This document shows, one piece after another, positions 13,486 to 25,694 of a DNA stretch of 64,000 bases. A program made the position numbers and the translations under genes. The stretch is from contig OZ249439.1 of the NCBI GenBank assembly GCA_965235115.1, forward strand, positions 28,396,001-28,460,000, given 5' to 3'. The stretch comes from Laetmonice hystrix (taxonomy: Eukaryota). Within the stretch, counting starts at the first letter, position 1. Every line of letters begins with the position of its first letter. The notes below the pieces were generated by a model. That model saw nothing but the letters and a program-made list of their open reading frames with translations. It searched no databases and was not told where the DNA came from.

Positions 13486-14865
13486 CGCTGTCTCATGCCT
13501 GATATGATTGCCCCAGGGTGAAAGTTCCACATATAACCCCCTCTCCCCCCCCCCCCCCCCCCAGCCACACGCGGGCACCTCGTTCTGATAAGACGAACAT
13601 CATGCCCCCATCGTCCAATCCCTTCAGTTCTCGTTATGCCATGACGATCCGCCAGACGTCGCCCCGATATACCACTCGGGATTGATCGAGTGGTTATGGG
13701 TATCGGGGGAGGAGGTACGGCGGCGGCCCTCGTAAACATTGGCTGGCAAACAGTGACAGGACATGGGCCCCGACACTCTGAATGGACCAATCCCTGACTG
13801 AGGCTGAGCAAGTCGTCATGGAAACCCCAGTAAGTTGAAATCCAGCATGAACTACCTGTAAACTTACCAAGGCAAACACCTGTCAACACCTGCCGGAGAG
13901 GGCCCGGGGGGGGGGGGGTCTGATCCCAGAGATAAATAAATAACCGGTAGACCTACATTGTTTGTACCCCCGACTTACAAGACATCTGCTGTGCCAGCTG
14001 GTATACGAAGGGTGACCCCCCCGGGCTCGGAAACTGAATTCAAAGGATCCCCCCCGCTGCTGCAAGGACTCCACCCAGATATTAAACCCGGGCCAGGAAG
14101 GCATGCCGGTTGTAGACAGAAAGCACCAGGAAGGGTACACGACTCACCACTACACTAGGGCTGGGGTGGGTGGGGGGATATCACAGGCCGCCCGCCCGTC
14201 GTCCCTCTGGGTGAACAGTTCCTGTCGGCAGCCGCGCAGGTGGTTACAACAAGGCAAAGTGAACCCGGTGGAGAAAGTATTAGAAAAGGGTTTCTTACAA
14301 GGGCAGGGGTTCGCTACAAACGGGACAAGGGGTTCTTACAAAGAGGCTAATAGGAGGTTCCCAACAGGAGGTGATGGGTTCCTACAAAGGGGGTGGGGGT
14401 CATTGTATGTTGTTTCTAACCAAAAGATGAGGGATCCATTTTGTTGTCCCTTGGCACTTGAGATTATACAATGGAAGACGGAACTTCACCGAACAGGGGA
14501 TTTAAATGCTTTCAAACAGAACACCACAATGCAAGTATTGAAAACATCCACATATTAACTGGACAAAATAACACCTTGGTCTAGTTAGATACTCTTGGGA
14601 CAGTATCCTATAAACTAAGACAAGACGTATGCAGAAATGTTATGTACACCCCTCAAACATGGATTTGGCATGGGGCTAACATTTATTTCACCGTCTGTTT
14701 CGTACTATTATTGAAAATCTACTTTACAGGAAAATGATACCGTATCATTCATAGACCTTTGGTACGGGTAATCTTTAAAAAATACTAAATTTTGAACGGA
14801 CTTTATAAGATAATCTGAATTCATGGATTAGCAGAAAACCAAAAATAGTATCGTCTTCTTGAGCC

Positions 14866-15956
14866 CAAGAAGGTACCACGCAGATACCAGACCCAGCCCA
14901 AGAAGGTACTGCGCAGATATCAGTCCCAGCCCAAGAAGGTACCGCACAGATATCAGACCCAGCCCAAGAAGGTACCGCACAGATATCAGTCCCAGCCCAA
15001 GAAGGTACCGCACAGATATCAGATCCAGCCCAAGAAGGTACCGCACAGATATCAGACCCAGCCCAAGAAGGTACCGCACAGATATCAGACCCAGCCCAAG
15101 AAGGTACCGCACAGATATCAGACCCAGCCCAAGAAGGTACCGCACAGATATCAGACCCAGCCCAAGAAGGTACCGCGCAGATATCAGACCCAGCCCAAGA
15201 AGGTACCGCGCAGATATCAGACCCAGCCCAAGAAGGTACCGCGCAGATATCAGACCCAGCCCAAGAAGGTACCGCACAGATATCAGACCCAGCCCAAGAA
15301 GGTACCGCGCAGATATCAGACCCCGCCCAAGAAGGTACCGCACAGATATCAGACCCAGCCCAAGAAGGTACCGCACAGATATCAGGCCCAGCCCAAGAAG
15401 GTACCGCACAGATATCAGACCCAGCCCAAGAAGGTACCGCGCAGATATCAGACCCAGCCCAAGAAGGTACCGCGCAGATATCAGACCCAGCCCAAGAAGG
15501 TACCGCACAGATATCAGACCCAGCCCAAGAAGGTACCGCACAGATATCAGATCCAGCCCAAGAAGGTACCGCACAGATATCAGACCCAGCCCAAGAAGGT
15601 ACCGCACAGATATCAGACCCAGCCCAAGAAAGTACCGCACAGATATCAGACCCAGCCCAAGAAGGTACCGCACAGATATCAGACCCAGCCCAAGAAGGTA
15701 CCGCACAGATATCAGACCCAGCCCAAGAAGGTACCGCACAGATATCAGAGCCAGCCCAAGAAGGTACCGCGCAGATATCAGACCCAGCCCAAAAAGGTAC
15801 CGCGCAGATATCAGACCCAGCCCAAGAAGGTACCGCACAGATATCAGACCCAGCCCAAGAAGGTACCGCACAGATATCAGACCCAGCCCAAGAAGGTACC
15901 GCGCAGATATCAGACCCAGCCCAAGATGGTACCGCGCAGATATCAGACCCAGCCAA
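14866..15956. repeat. 33-bp minisatellite, about 33 copies (five of six frames open)
   Basis: Unit cccagcccaagaaggtaccgcacagatatcaga; generates ORFs 14775..15956, 14828..16180 and 14859..15989. Confidence 0.97.
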
Positions 15957-17589
15957 GTAAATTTTTTAGAAAAGTTCGAATCTTTCTGATTTTTGAGAAC
16001 TACCAGTGAGACAGACGACGAAGAACACAAATATATCCAACATGCAAGCACTTTGATTAAAGCTGACAGAAGCCGGTGGTTTTCTGAGTGGGCTCTGTCG
16101 TGCAATGTGTACTTTGCCCGTGTCAGTGTATTTGTGCAGGCACGCCAGAGCCGCCAGCATTCTTCACGGGAAGGTCTCAAAGCTTTTTAATGCTGCGAGA
16201 CCTGATTGACATTAGAGGAGCGGCTGTTCCATCTCCCGCCCTCCGGGGGCGTCTGTATTTGTGTTATAGAAAAGCAGTGCCTGGTGGTTCACGATCACCT
16301 CAAGAGTTTCTGACGGTCACGACAGGAAATGTTATATAAAGGAGGGGACAACGTTACTTTGGCCTATCTGTGCCAAATGCTACCGTGAAATCTGAGAACC
16401 ATTCCCAAGCCTATAAACCATGAAACAACAGAAGAACCCTTAGAACAAGCCGATGTACGTACATGTATTCAAGAAACCCTAAAACAAAGAAGGTGTCTCA
16501 AGAAAATTGCATTACAATCTGTAACTATACAGTATGTCCCCCAAAAAATGATAGTCTGTGTTCCACTGTCAAAAAGAGATACTGCTTTTGTGATCAGTAA
16601 TGCGTGACCCTGTCAACACCAAACTTGCTGAGAGTTATCTAGGGGGATCAAACTTTATGTTCAACTTCAAAATTCAAAATTCGACAATCCTCTAAAATAT
16701 CTAAGTGTATTGCACACCTAAATTTAAACTATCATTTTTTTTACTGTATACTGTATAATATGTAGACATCTTTTTTATTCGCCCTGTCTGTCCACCTTTG
16801 TTACTAGGTGGGCTATGCCGGCCTCCGCCTGGTAGGCTGTGTGCGAACAACACTTCATATATCAAATACAAAACCTCGTCGTCACTGACGCCCGCCGGCT
16901 CACCCACTCGAAGCCCCACACAGAGAACTGCCACACGCGAAATGTGTGCTCAAGTCAAGCAGCTGGCTATATTTAGTATCTGGGCAGTCTATAAACCCAT
17001 TTCCTATACACGAGAGGCGGCTATGAGACAGTACCGCCGGCTGTTGATCTGTCCGGGAACTAGGAGAGTCTCTCATAATGCTACACCTCACTCCTCTTAT
17101 CCACCCAATAACTTCAGAGCAGGTCCGCCTTGCTTATAGCAACTCTAGTTTCCTTCTGCTCTGAAGTGACTTTCACGATAACTGATACCGATGCGGACAT
17201 TCAAGGAACAACATTTGAAAAGGAATCCGTCTTTTCCATTAGAAAAATAGGTTCCTTACTGCCCTCCAGATGGCCCCGGCTAATTAACTGACCTGGCCCA
17301 AACTCCAATCTCATGTACTACTGACACCAACGCTCATGGTATGATCATACAGACCGCTCCACAGGTCAACATTCATACTTCTCTTGGCAGCTGCTCGAAC
17401 AAAGGACAGAACAAAAGACATGAGGAAATCTTGAGACCACAAGACCCTGTAAGTGAGTGATCGCGACATCTGATTGTGTCGGAGTCTCGCGAACCTCTCT
17501 ATAGACCACTCATCCGAGCAATCTCGTCTCCTTCCTCATGACTGCCTGTTCCATAATGTCCCCCTAACTGTCACTAGAAAGTACTGCCT

Positions 17590-17757
17590 CTGGTTCGACA
17601 ATCGCTCCCCTTTAATAAACTGCACATCTCCATATGTGGAGTTTCCTCCGGGTACTCCGGTTTCCTCCACCAAGAAAAACTGACTTTCATCATCATCTTC
17701 ACCGCCGTTATATGGCCCTGGCTGTTGTAAGGCGTAAAACCCCAAACACCCACCCAC
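17590..17757 (+). mobile_element. SINE (Nin-domain type), 3' part
   Basis: GTTTCCTCCGGGTACTCCGGTTTCCTCCACCA core (17641-17672) followed by ...ccgccgttatatggccctggctgttgtaaggcgtaaaacc and a simple-repeat tail (caaacacccacccac). tRNA head not clearly visible. Confidence 0.7.
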
Positions 17758-18384
17758 TCTATATATGTCGACAGGTGGCAGCACTCTAGGGCCCGCTAGT
17801 ATCCTAATATACCGGCTTGCATTGACTTGCCCAGCGTAATTCATGAGAACATCTTGGTGGCCAGACTCGCCACAGACAAACACGCTCACTGTGGATGGCA
17901 ATCGATCCAGTACGTGTTGACGACACGTCACGTGACGACGACAGACGCTCTACTTGCTCACTCTACAGTCGGTTAGCGAGGAGTGCGCTCAAGTCACGTG
18001 ACTAGCTCTCCATCACGTGACGAAGGGCACTCTGACCGACATGTTGCTGGGTTGGGCTAGGTGCCGGGTGACAGGGTGTGGGTGGGGGTACTTCTTACTG
18101 TCCATCTACGATCTGGTAATACCACCAGGCCGCGCGTGCTACCTGATGTCGTCAAGCAAGGACTGCTAGATCTACTTGTACCTGTCTGAACGGTTGGATG
18201 CGGGCGGTGGTGGAGGTGGTGTTGGGGGGAGGGATGGCTTCTGTACCGATCCAGTGTACTGTAGAGAGAGAACAGCATCCATTCATGATACTTACCTGTG
18301 CCATTGCGCCTATGACATATAAAAATATCAACTCTTTTTTTAAGTAGCCTACCTCGCTAATACGTCCAGTCAACGTGATCAGTG

Positions 18385-18914
18385 TTCAAAATCACACAAC
18401 CCCCTACATATCATCAATCATACTAAACCCTCCACATCATCAGTGTTTTAAATCATACCAACCCCTACACATCATCAGTGTTTTAAATCATACCAACCCC
18501 TACACATCATCAGTGTTCTAAATGATACCAACCCCTCCACATCATCAGTGTTCAAAATCATACCAAACCATACACATCATCAGTGTTCTAAATCATACCA
18601 AACCCTACACATCATCAGTGTTCTAAATCATACCAAACCCTACACATCATCAGTGTTCTAAATCATACCAAACCCTCCACATCATCAGTGTTCAAAATCA
18701 TACCAAACCCTACACATCATCAGTGTTCTAAATCATACCAAACCCGACACATCATCAGTGTTCAAAATCATACCAAACCCGACACATCATCAATGTTCTA
18801 AATCATACCAAACCCTACACATCATCAATGTTCTAAATCATACCAAACCCTGCACATCATCAGTGTTCAAAATCATACCAAACCCTCCACATCATCAGTG
18901 TTCTAAATCATACC
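18385..18914. repeat. 34-35-bp tandem repeat, about 15 copies
   Basis: Unit acacatcatcagtgttctaaatcataccaaaccct. Confidence 0.96.
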
Positions 18915-19026
18915 TATATCCCGTGAGTTCTGTTAGATTTCTATGCGTTCAGAATTTGAACGAAGTCCAGACTAATGAGGTCTGCGCCGATCTCCAGGAC
19001 TGAGACCAATGTTTTGATCTGGACTG

Positions 19027-19152
19027 GGCCCGGTTCACAAACAAAGTCAAGTCAATTTTAATTAACTTGAAATCCATTTTAACCAATCAGATTCAAGTAA
19101 AATTGACTTCAAGTCAATTAAAATTGACTTGACTTTGTTTGTGAACCAGTCC
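19027..19152. mobile_element. PIF/Harbinger-type MITE (126 bp, near-complete hairpin)
   Basis: CTG|GGCCCGGTTCACAAACAAAGTCAAGTCAATTTT...AAAATTGACTTGACTTTGTTTGTGAACCAGTCC|CTG; about 33-bp TIR, CTG TSD. Confidence 0.85.
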
Positions 19153-19233
19153 CTGGGCCTTGGTACTACGACAACGTTAAGCCAGTAATTTTGTCGAGTG
19201 CATTAAGGGCCGCTCCCCACCTGAATGTCTTAC

Positions 19234-19315
19234 CTGTACCGATAGACTGCGTGCTTACAAGTACCTGCCGTACTCCGGTAACACCGCACCGAGTTACCGA
19301 TCCCCGGCCAGACAC
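19234..19315 (-). CDS. Candidate 82-nt internal exon (coding status uncertain)
   Basis: catcctcactcag|GTGTCTGG...GGTACAG|gtaaga; open in phases 0 and 1; no recognisable peptide. Confidence 0.25.
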
Positions 19316-19527
19316 CTGAGTGAGGATGTTTATGACAGAACCGCGGGCATTCTACCTACACAAGGTTTACACTCGCTAGGCAATGGCGTGGATGAGTTCT
19401 AATGTCTTTCGGGGGGAAGGGGGGAGAGCAAAGACACGAGGGGCGAAGGAAGTGTTTGTCAAGAGGTTTGGAACACAATTCTGTCTTACGCTTTAAATCT
19501 TTTTCTTGGGGAGGGGACTACGGCCGT

Positions 19528-20247
19528 TCTCCCTGCCTTGTTAAAACAGCAGGCGATACTCCAAGGGAGCTGTCTCCATGCCTTGTTAAAACAACAGGCG
19601 ATACTCCAAGGGAGCTGGTCTTCCTGCCTTGTTAAAACAACAGGCGATACTCCAAGGGAGCTGGTCTCCCTACCTTGTTAAAATAACAGGCGATACTCCA
19701 AGGGAGCTGGTCTCCCTGCCTTGTTAAAACTACATGCGATAGTTCAAGGGAGCTGGTCTCCCTGCCTTGTTAAAACTACATGCGATACTCCAAGGGAGCT
19801 GGTCTCCCTGCCTTGTTAAAACTACAGGCGATACTCCAAGGGAGCTGGTCTCCCTGCCTTGTTAAAACAACAGGCGATACTCCAAGGGAGCTGGTCTCCC
19901 TGCCTTAACAACAGGCGATACTTCAAGGGAGCTGGTCTTCCTGCCTTGTTAAAACTATATGCGATACTTCAAGGGAGCTGGTCTTCCTGCCTTGTTAAAA
20001 CTACATGCGATAGTTCAAGGGAGCTGGTCTTCCTGCCTTGTTAAAACAACAGGCGATACTCCAAGGGAGCTGGTCTCCCTGCCTTGTTAAAACAACAGGC
20101 GATACTTCAAGGGAGCTGGTCTTCCTGCCTTGTTAAAACAACAGGCGATACTCCAAGGGAGCTGGTCTCCCTGCCTTGTTAAAACAACAGGCGATACCCC
20201 AAGGGAGCTGGTCTCCCTGCCTTGTTAAAACAACAGGCGATACTTCA
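19528..20247. repeat. 46-bp tandem repeat, about 15 copies
   Basis: Unit ccttgttaaaacaacaggcgatactccaagggagctggtctccctg. Confidence 0.96.
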
Positions 20248-21382
20248 CGGAAGATGAGGCAACCCCCATGAATTTTACCGTTCGGTTTAGTTAAACGGGT
20301 TCGTGACACAACGTTTACCCCGTACCTGGTCCCATTCAAGGCTAATACCCCGAGTATACACTACGTGCAAGCTATCCTGGTCTGTCCTAGACATACACCT
20401 AGAGACTCCGAATGAAAACATTTCCTTGGTGATATATATCCCTGATAAGGACCTAACCGCCCACTCGATCATCCGCAATGTCTGTGTCTCAGACAACTTA
20501 CTTCTAAATCACCAGGATAGATAATAAAAACGTCTAGCGTTAGAGGAATATGAACAATATTCATGGCAAGCACAGGGGTCGCTGCGATCGATTCCGGCAC
20601 TTTATGATGAGCAACCAGCTCGTAAGTCATCCACGAGCTCTGCCTCATTATCAAAATGAGCACCCACCGACTGAAATAAAAAGGCGGCCTAGAAAAGAGA
20701 AACACGGCGGTAATTCCGGGGGGATGTTTCTGCAAACATTTAAGATCGGACCGTCGTTTGCTTTCGTTTAAGTTCGTCAACAGTTGGGAGCTGTGATCAA
20801 ACATGGCGGCGGTGGTCGGACTGACGGCTGAGTTGGGTCGTCGTGGATTTTGGTCGACTCGGGAGGTGATGGATTGGTTTGGTCTCGATCCTGCTGATCA
20901 AGGGGATGGAGGAAGTCAGGGAGGGGGTAATTCGGAGGGCGACCACTTGGTGGCAGCACTATCTGTATCGTCTGCTTTATTACACATTCAAAACATCACG
21001 TCCTCTCTCCCTGGAATCTCAGTGAAAGGTAACCAAAATGTTATTAGGGAATTTATATACAGGCTCCGCATCTCTTTTATTCTAATGGTGTTGCGATGAC
21101 TTTCAAGGTTCAGACGGACCTGGATCTTTGGTCGACGGTTCTAATCTTGAGAGATCTGCGTACAATTACCTGACGTCTCCCGTCGCCCAGAGGGTAAGCA
21201 GTCTCGTCGGAAGTTATTCTGGGGTTATCTATCACCCCAGGTCTGGGGTCAAGAGCTAGCCAGCTACCCTAGCTAAGACCGGCGGCATGCCGTAGGACTA
21301 CACTAGGGCAGAGCGATTCTACTGAGACTGTCACCTCCAGCGATTTACCATAACTATACGCACGATCACATGTCTATACTAT

Positions 21383-22592
21383 GACTTTACCTACTATAGG
21401 ATCTCTAGACTTCACCTACTATAGGATCTCTAGACTTCACCCACTATAGGATCTCTAGACTTTACCTACTATAGGATCTCTAGACTTCACCTACTATAGG
21501 ATCTCTAGACTTCACCTACTATAGGATCTCTAGACTTCACCTACTATAGGATCTCTAGACTTTACCTACTATAGGATCTCTAGACTTCACCTACTATAGG
21601 ATCTCTAGACTTCACCTACTATAGGATCTCTAGACGTTCACCTACTATAGGATCTCTAGACTTCACCTACTATAGGATCTCTAGACGTTCACCTACTATA
21701 GGATCTCTAGACGTTCACCTACTATAGGATCTCTAGACTTCACCTACTATAGGATCTCTAGACTTCACCTACTATAGGAGCTCTAGACTTCACCTATAGG
21801 ATCTCTAGACTTCACCTACTATAGGATCTCTAGACTTCACCTAACTATAGGATCTCTAGACGTTCACCTACTATAGGATCTCTAGACGTTCACCTACTAT
21901 AGGATCTCTAGACGTTCACCTACTATAGGATCTCTAGACTTCACCTACTATAGGATCTCTAGACTTCACCTACTATAGGATCTCTAGACTTCACCTACTA
22001 TAGGATCTCTAGACTTCACCTACTATAGGATCTCTAGACTTCACCTACTATAGGATCTCTAGACTTCACCTGCTATAGGATCTAGACTTCACCTACTAGG
22101 ATCTCTAGACTTCACCTACTATAGGATCTCTAGACTTCACCTGCTATAGGATCTAGACTTCACCTACTATAGGATCTCTAGACTTCACCTGCTACAGGAT
22201 CTCTAGACTTCACTTACTATATGATCTCTAGACTTCACCTGCTATACGATCGTTAGACTTCACCTGCTATAGGATCTAGACTTCACTTACTATATGATCT
22301 CTAGACTTCACCTACTATACGACCGTTAGACTTCACCTGCTATAGGATCTCTTGACTTCACCTACTATAGGATCTCTAGACTTCACCTGCTATAGGATCT
22401 CTAGACTTCACGATCTCTAGACTTCACCTGCTATAGGATCTCTTGACTTCACCTACTATAGGATCTCTAGACTTCACGATCTCTAGACTTCACCTGCTAT
22501 AGGATCTCTAGACTTCACCTACTATAGGATCTCTAGACTTCACCTTCTATAGGATCTCTAGACTTCACCTGCTATAGGATCTAGACTTCACC
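21383..22592. repeat. 25-bp minisatellite, about 48 copies
   Basis: Unit ctctagacttcacctactataggat; more degenerate toward the right end. Confidence 0.97.
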
Positions 22593-24309
22593 CAGACGGA
22601 CACCGTCATGACCTCTACACTCCCTCCGAGACGGTCATGACCTCTAAACGTTTCTCACAAATCGAGCTATGATGACGAGTTGTAGCCGGACCGACAGCAG
22701 AGATTACCTCTGTGTTAGGCATTAATACCCACTCGGCCAGCCGTCCTCGTTACATGCCAATCTCCACTCTGTATTCCAACACGGGATCGTGTTTCCATGG
22801 CAATGCTATCACCGATCTACTGATTGAGCCAACCAGAACACCGGTCAATAATCATTCAGTCGGTCACTCAGAATAAACGCTCGACACATGGTAACAACCA
22901 GCCCGTATCCCAGATCTGGGGGAATGACTTCAATTCAGCTCCTCCCCTCCAAACATCTCAGTGGTCGTTGGTAACCAGACAACCAGCAGATATCAAAACA
23001 TAATACAAAACACCAACTGTCACTCTGGACACAGATGTTTGTTGCTAAAGTCAATGGCTATATAAGGGTCGAGATGAGTCTCCGACTGGTGTGCAGCCAA
23101 AGCGTCCGGTACATGGTCCATTTGGACTGGCCCGCCACGTTTCTCTGGTCCAGTTGTATAGTTACCAGTTGTATAGTTACCGCCAGCCCTCGCCAGGTCC
23201 TGCCCGCGGCGCCATTCCCCCCCCCCCTCCCGGGGTGCTGCCAACCTCCCTCCTCCTACCTATAGACTGACCAGACTGACCACCCACCCGAAAACTGACC
23301 ATGGCAAATAATATCCCTAAATATTACTTTTACAAAACTTCTGGTACGCCCGGCGTGGACAGTAAAACTCCGATCACTGTAACACTGCCACCATGCGGGG
23401 GTCGTGTGAACCACACTCCACTACACTGCCACCTCGACCGTCATAGGGGAAAACACGGCGTTACTTCGGTCTTTTTCGAACCAGCCTTTTTCTCTCTTTC
23501 TATTTATACCTTTCTTTGACATAAGTACAAATATTTATAAATGTTCAAAAGAGTTACCTAAACTTCAATTACGTTTCACGCTGTCCCATTTTTGATATCA
23601 TTCCATTTGTATACAGCTACGCTTATAACACTCAATGCCATCATGGGACCAGGCCACATGGAATGTTATTCTGTAGACCCCCCCCCCCCCTCAGTCCTTC
23701 TTCAGAACCTACCCCTCCGCCTGTCCCCAGCCGTGGTCTGACACAATTACCATTAATGACTTCACCGCCAGCCGTGTCCCTGCAGGCGCCTCCGAACCAA
23801 TCACAAGGTTTACAAATGAACGGCTTGCGCAACCTTTGCCTGCCGGCGGAGCACACATTCAGATAATGCCCTGCAACAAGTCAGCATACATACGGTGTCG
23901 ACGGCCTTGGCACGTTACATGTTTTCACACGGTACTGTCATTCACTGGGGAAGGGGGGGGGGGCATGGCCGCTGCTGTCCTTCATCAAACAGTGCACTCT
24001 TGTCACTGTAGCATTAACCTTTAGGTTGCAAGCCGGAAAGTCATGCAACACTCCTTCGACTCATTGCGAATAGCAGAAAGAAGTTTTTGGAGGCTTGCAG
24101 GCTTGCAGCCAAGGAATGTACATTGTACTCGACCTTTGATGTAAATTCACGTGCAAGACATCAAAACACGTCTGGCACGGTATCGCTGATGATTCGACCT
24201 TTGCCCCTCTAAGACTGCCTTTGATCTTTGCCGCCGGCATGCGGACCCCCCCCCCCCGCCCCACCCCCCACCTCTCTTGCTTTCTCTCCCTTTATACTGT
24301 GCAGCTTAC

Positions 24310-24505
24310 CTTGCAGGAGAATAGTTTCGACCTGAGTGACAGGTGGCAGCACGAGTCCGTTGTTCTTCTCGTTGTACTCCACCACGCTCTGCCATTGCAT
24401 GGCTGGAAAAGCCTCTTGGAAACTACCCCTATCCACACTGGCGGCCTCCCCCTGGGGGGCACACGTCACATTCTGTGTGGTCACATCCGCCAACTGGCCG
24501 TGCTC
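24310..24505 (-). CDS. Candidate exon C (EHGQLADV...AFPAMQWQSVVEYNEKNNGLVLPPVTQVETILLQ-G); either internal from an acceptor at 24505 or a first exon from the ATG at 24400
   Basis: Acceptor catatcttttag|GAG (phase 0), gccATG at 24400, consensus donor AAG|GTAAGC (phase 1); coding-like codon usage; part of ORF 24209..24493. Confidence 0.55.
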
Positions 24506-24641
24506 CTAAAAGATATGTTAAATCTCCCTTCCGGTAATCCAAGGGATTGCGATGCGCTGGCGTCTGGCAGCAGTCATAGCTCTGCCTCTCAACTCGCAGA
24601 CGACGCGCGGCTCGGCGCTCCAGTCGTACAACTGGCTGCAG

Positions 24642-24646
<5 letters not shown>

Positions 24647-24683
<37 letters not shown>

Positions 24684-24693
24684 CTCCTCCTCC
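24647..24693. repeat. (CT)n microsatellite followed by (CCT)n
   Basis: Direct inspection. Confidence 0.95.
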
Positions 24694-25373
24694 TGCAAGT
24701 CAGGCGACTTAATGTTGTCGCTGGGTTGTTGGCCCGATTAGGGCGGGCGCCGCATGTACGAGCCGGGCCGATCAATGACGACAGATGGCGGGAAGTGTCG
24801 TCGGCTGACACCGTCGGCTGGAGTTGTGATCACCTGGAGCACGTTTCCTCCAGTCGTCCAGACACGGGGGTTCCCGGGACCGTGTCCGCCACTGGGCCAA
24901 TCAATGAGGCGCTACGGTCGCCCAGTTGGGACTGTCCCGAGCGCTCGCTGTACCAACCCCACTGATTGGTCGTCAAAGATACAGGGTCCCGTCAACGCTG
25001 CCGCTACGATCACACGATCACTATGTGACCTTCTCTCACAGAGAGGTGTTGCACGGAGTCAGAGACGAACCGCCACCTACACAGCACTGCCTCAGTCCTA
25101 ACTAACTCGAGTAAATTACATTCTCTTCATCAAAAAATCCAAATACTATCGGCTCGTAGTTTGTAGTCGTTGAGTTATTAGCAGGTAGGTGTTGACCATC
25201 AAAGAGCACGGCGATCTCACCTCGATCTCTGGTGTTCTTGAGGTGTACTGACATTATTGTAGACAGGACGAGGTGTGGTGACATTCCCTATGACATTCCC
25301 TAGGTGCGGGAACATTCTTGTGTATACCTTGATGTTAGGGATCGATGTGGTATACGGCATTCCTATCGACATG

Positions 25374-25694
25374 TTCGAGGTGCGGTGACATTACTATAGA
25401 CTGCTCGAGGTGCGGTGACATTCCTATAGACTGCTCGAGGTGCGGTGACATTCGTCTGCTCGAGGTGCGGTGACATTCGTCTGCTCGAGGTGCGGTGACA
25501 TTCGTCTGCTCGAGGTGCGGTGACATTCGTCTGCTCGAGGTGCGGTGACATTCGTCTGCTCGAGGTGCGGTGACATTCGTCTGCTCGAGGTGCGGTGACA
25601 TTCCTATAGACTGCTCCAGGTGCGGTGACATTCCTGTAGACTGCTCGAGGTGCGGTGACATCACTATAGACTGCTCGGGGTGCGGTGACATTCC
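25374..25694. repeat. 25/29-bp tandem repeat, about 12 copies
   Basis: Unit ctgctcgaggtgcggtgacattcgt, with 29-bp cctataga variants at both flanks. Confidence 0.95.

Noticed and set aside
14775-16180. 393-450 aa ORFs (AGSDICAVPSW, GLGLISVRYLL, RPSPRRYRTDI repeats)
   Set aside because: By-products of a 33-bp unit lacking stops; the minus-strand AGSDICAVPSW frame has a stop just upstream and the unit has no AG acceptor. Only the unlisted + frame is kept as a weak hypothesis.
21108-21193. + strand exon-like segment (SDGPGSLVDGSNLERSAYNYLTSPVAQR|GTAAGC); similar at 16808 and 17450
   Set aside because: Isolated, no homology and no consistent phase chain; within what random intronic sequence can produce.
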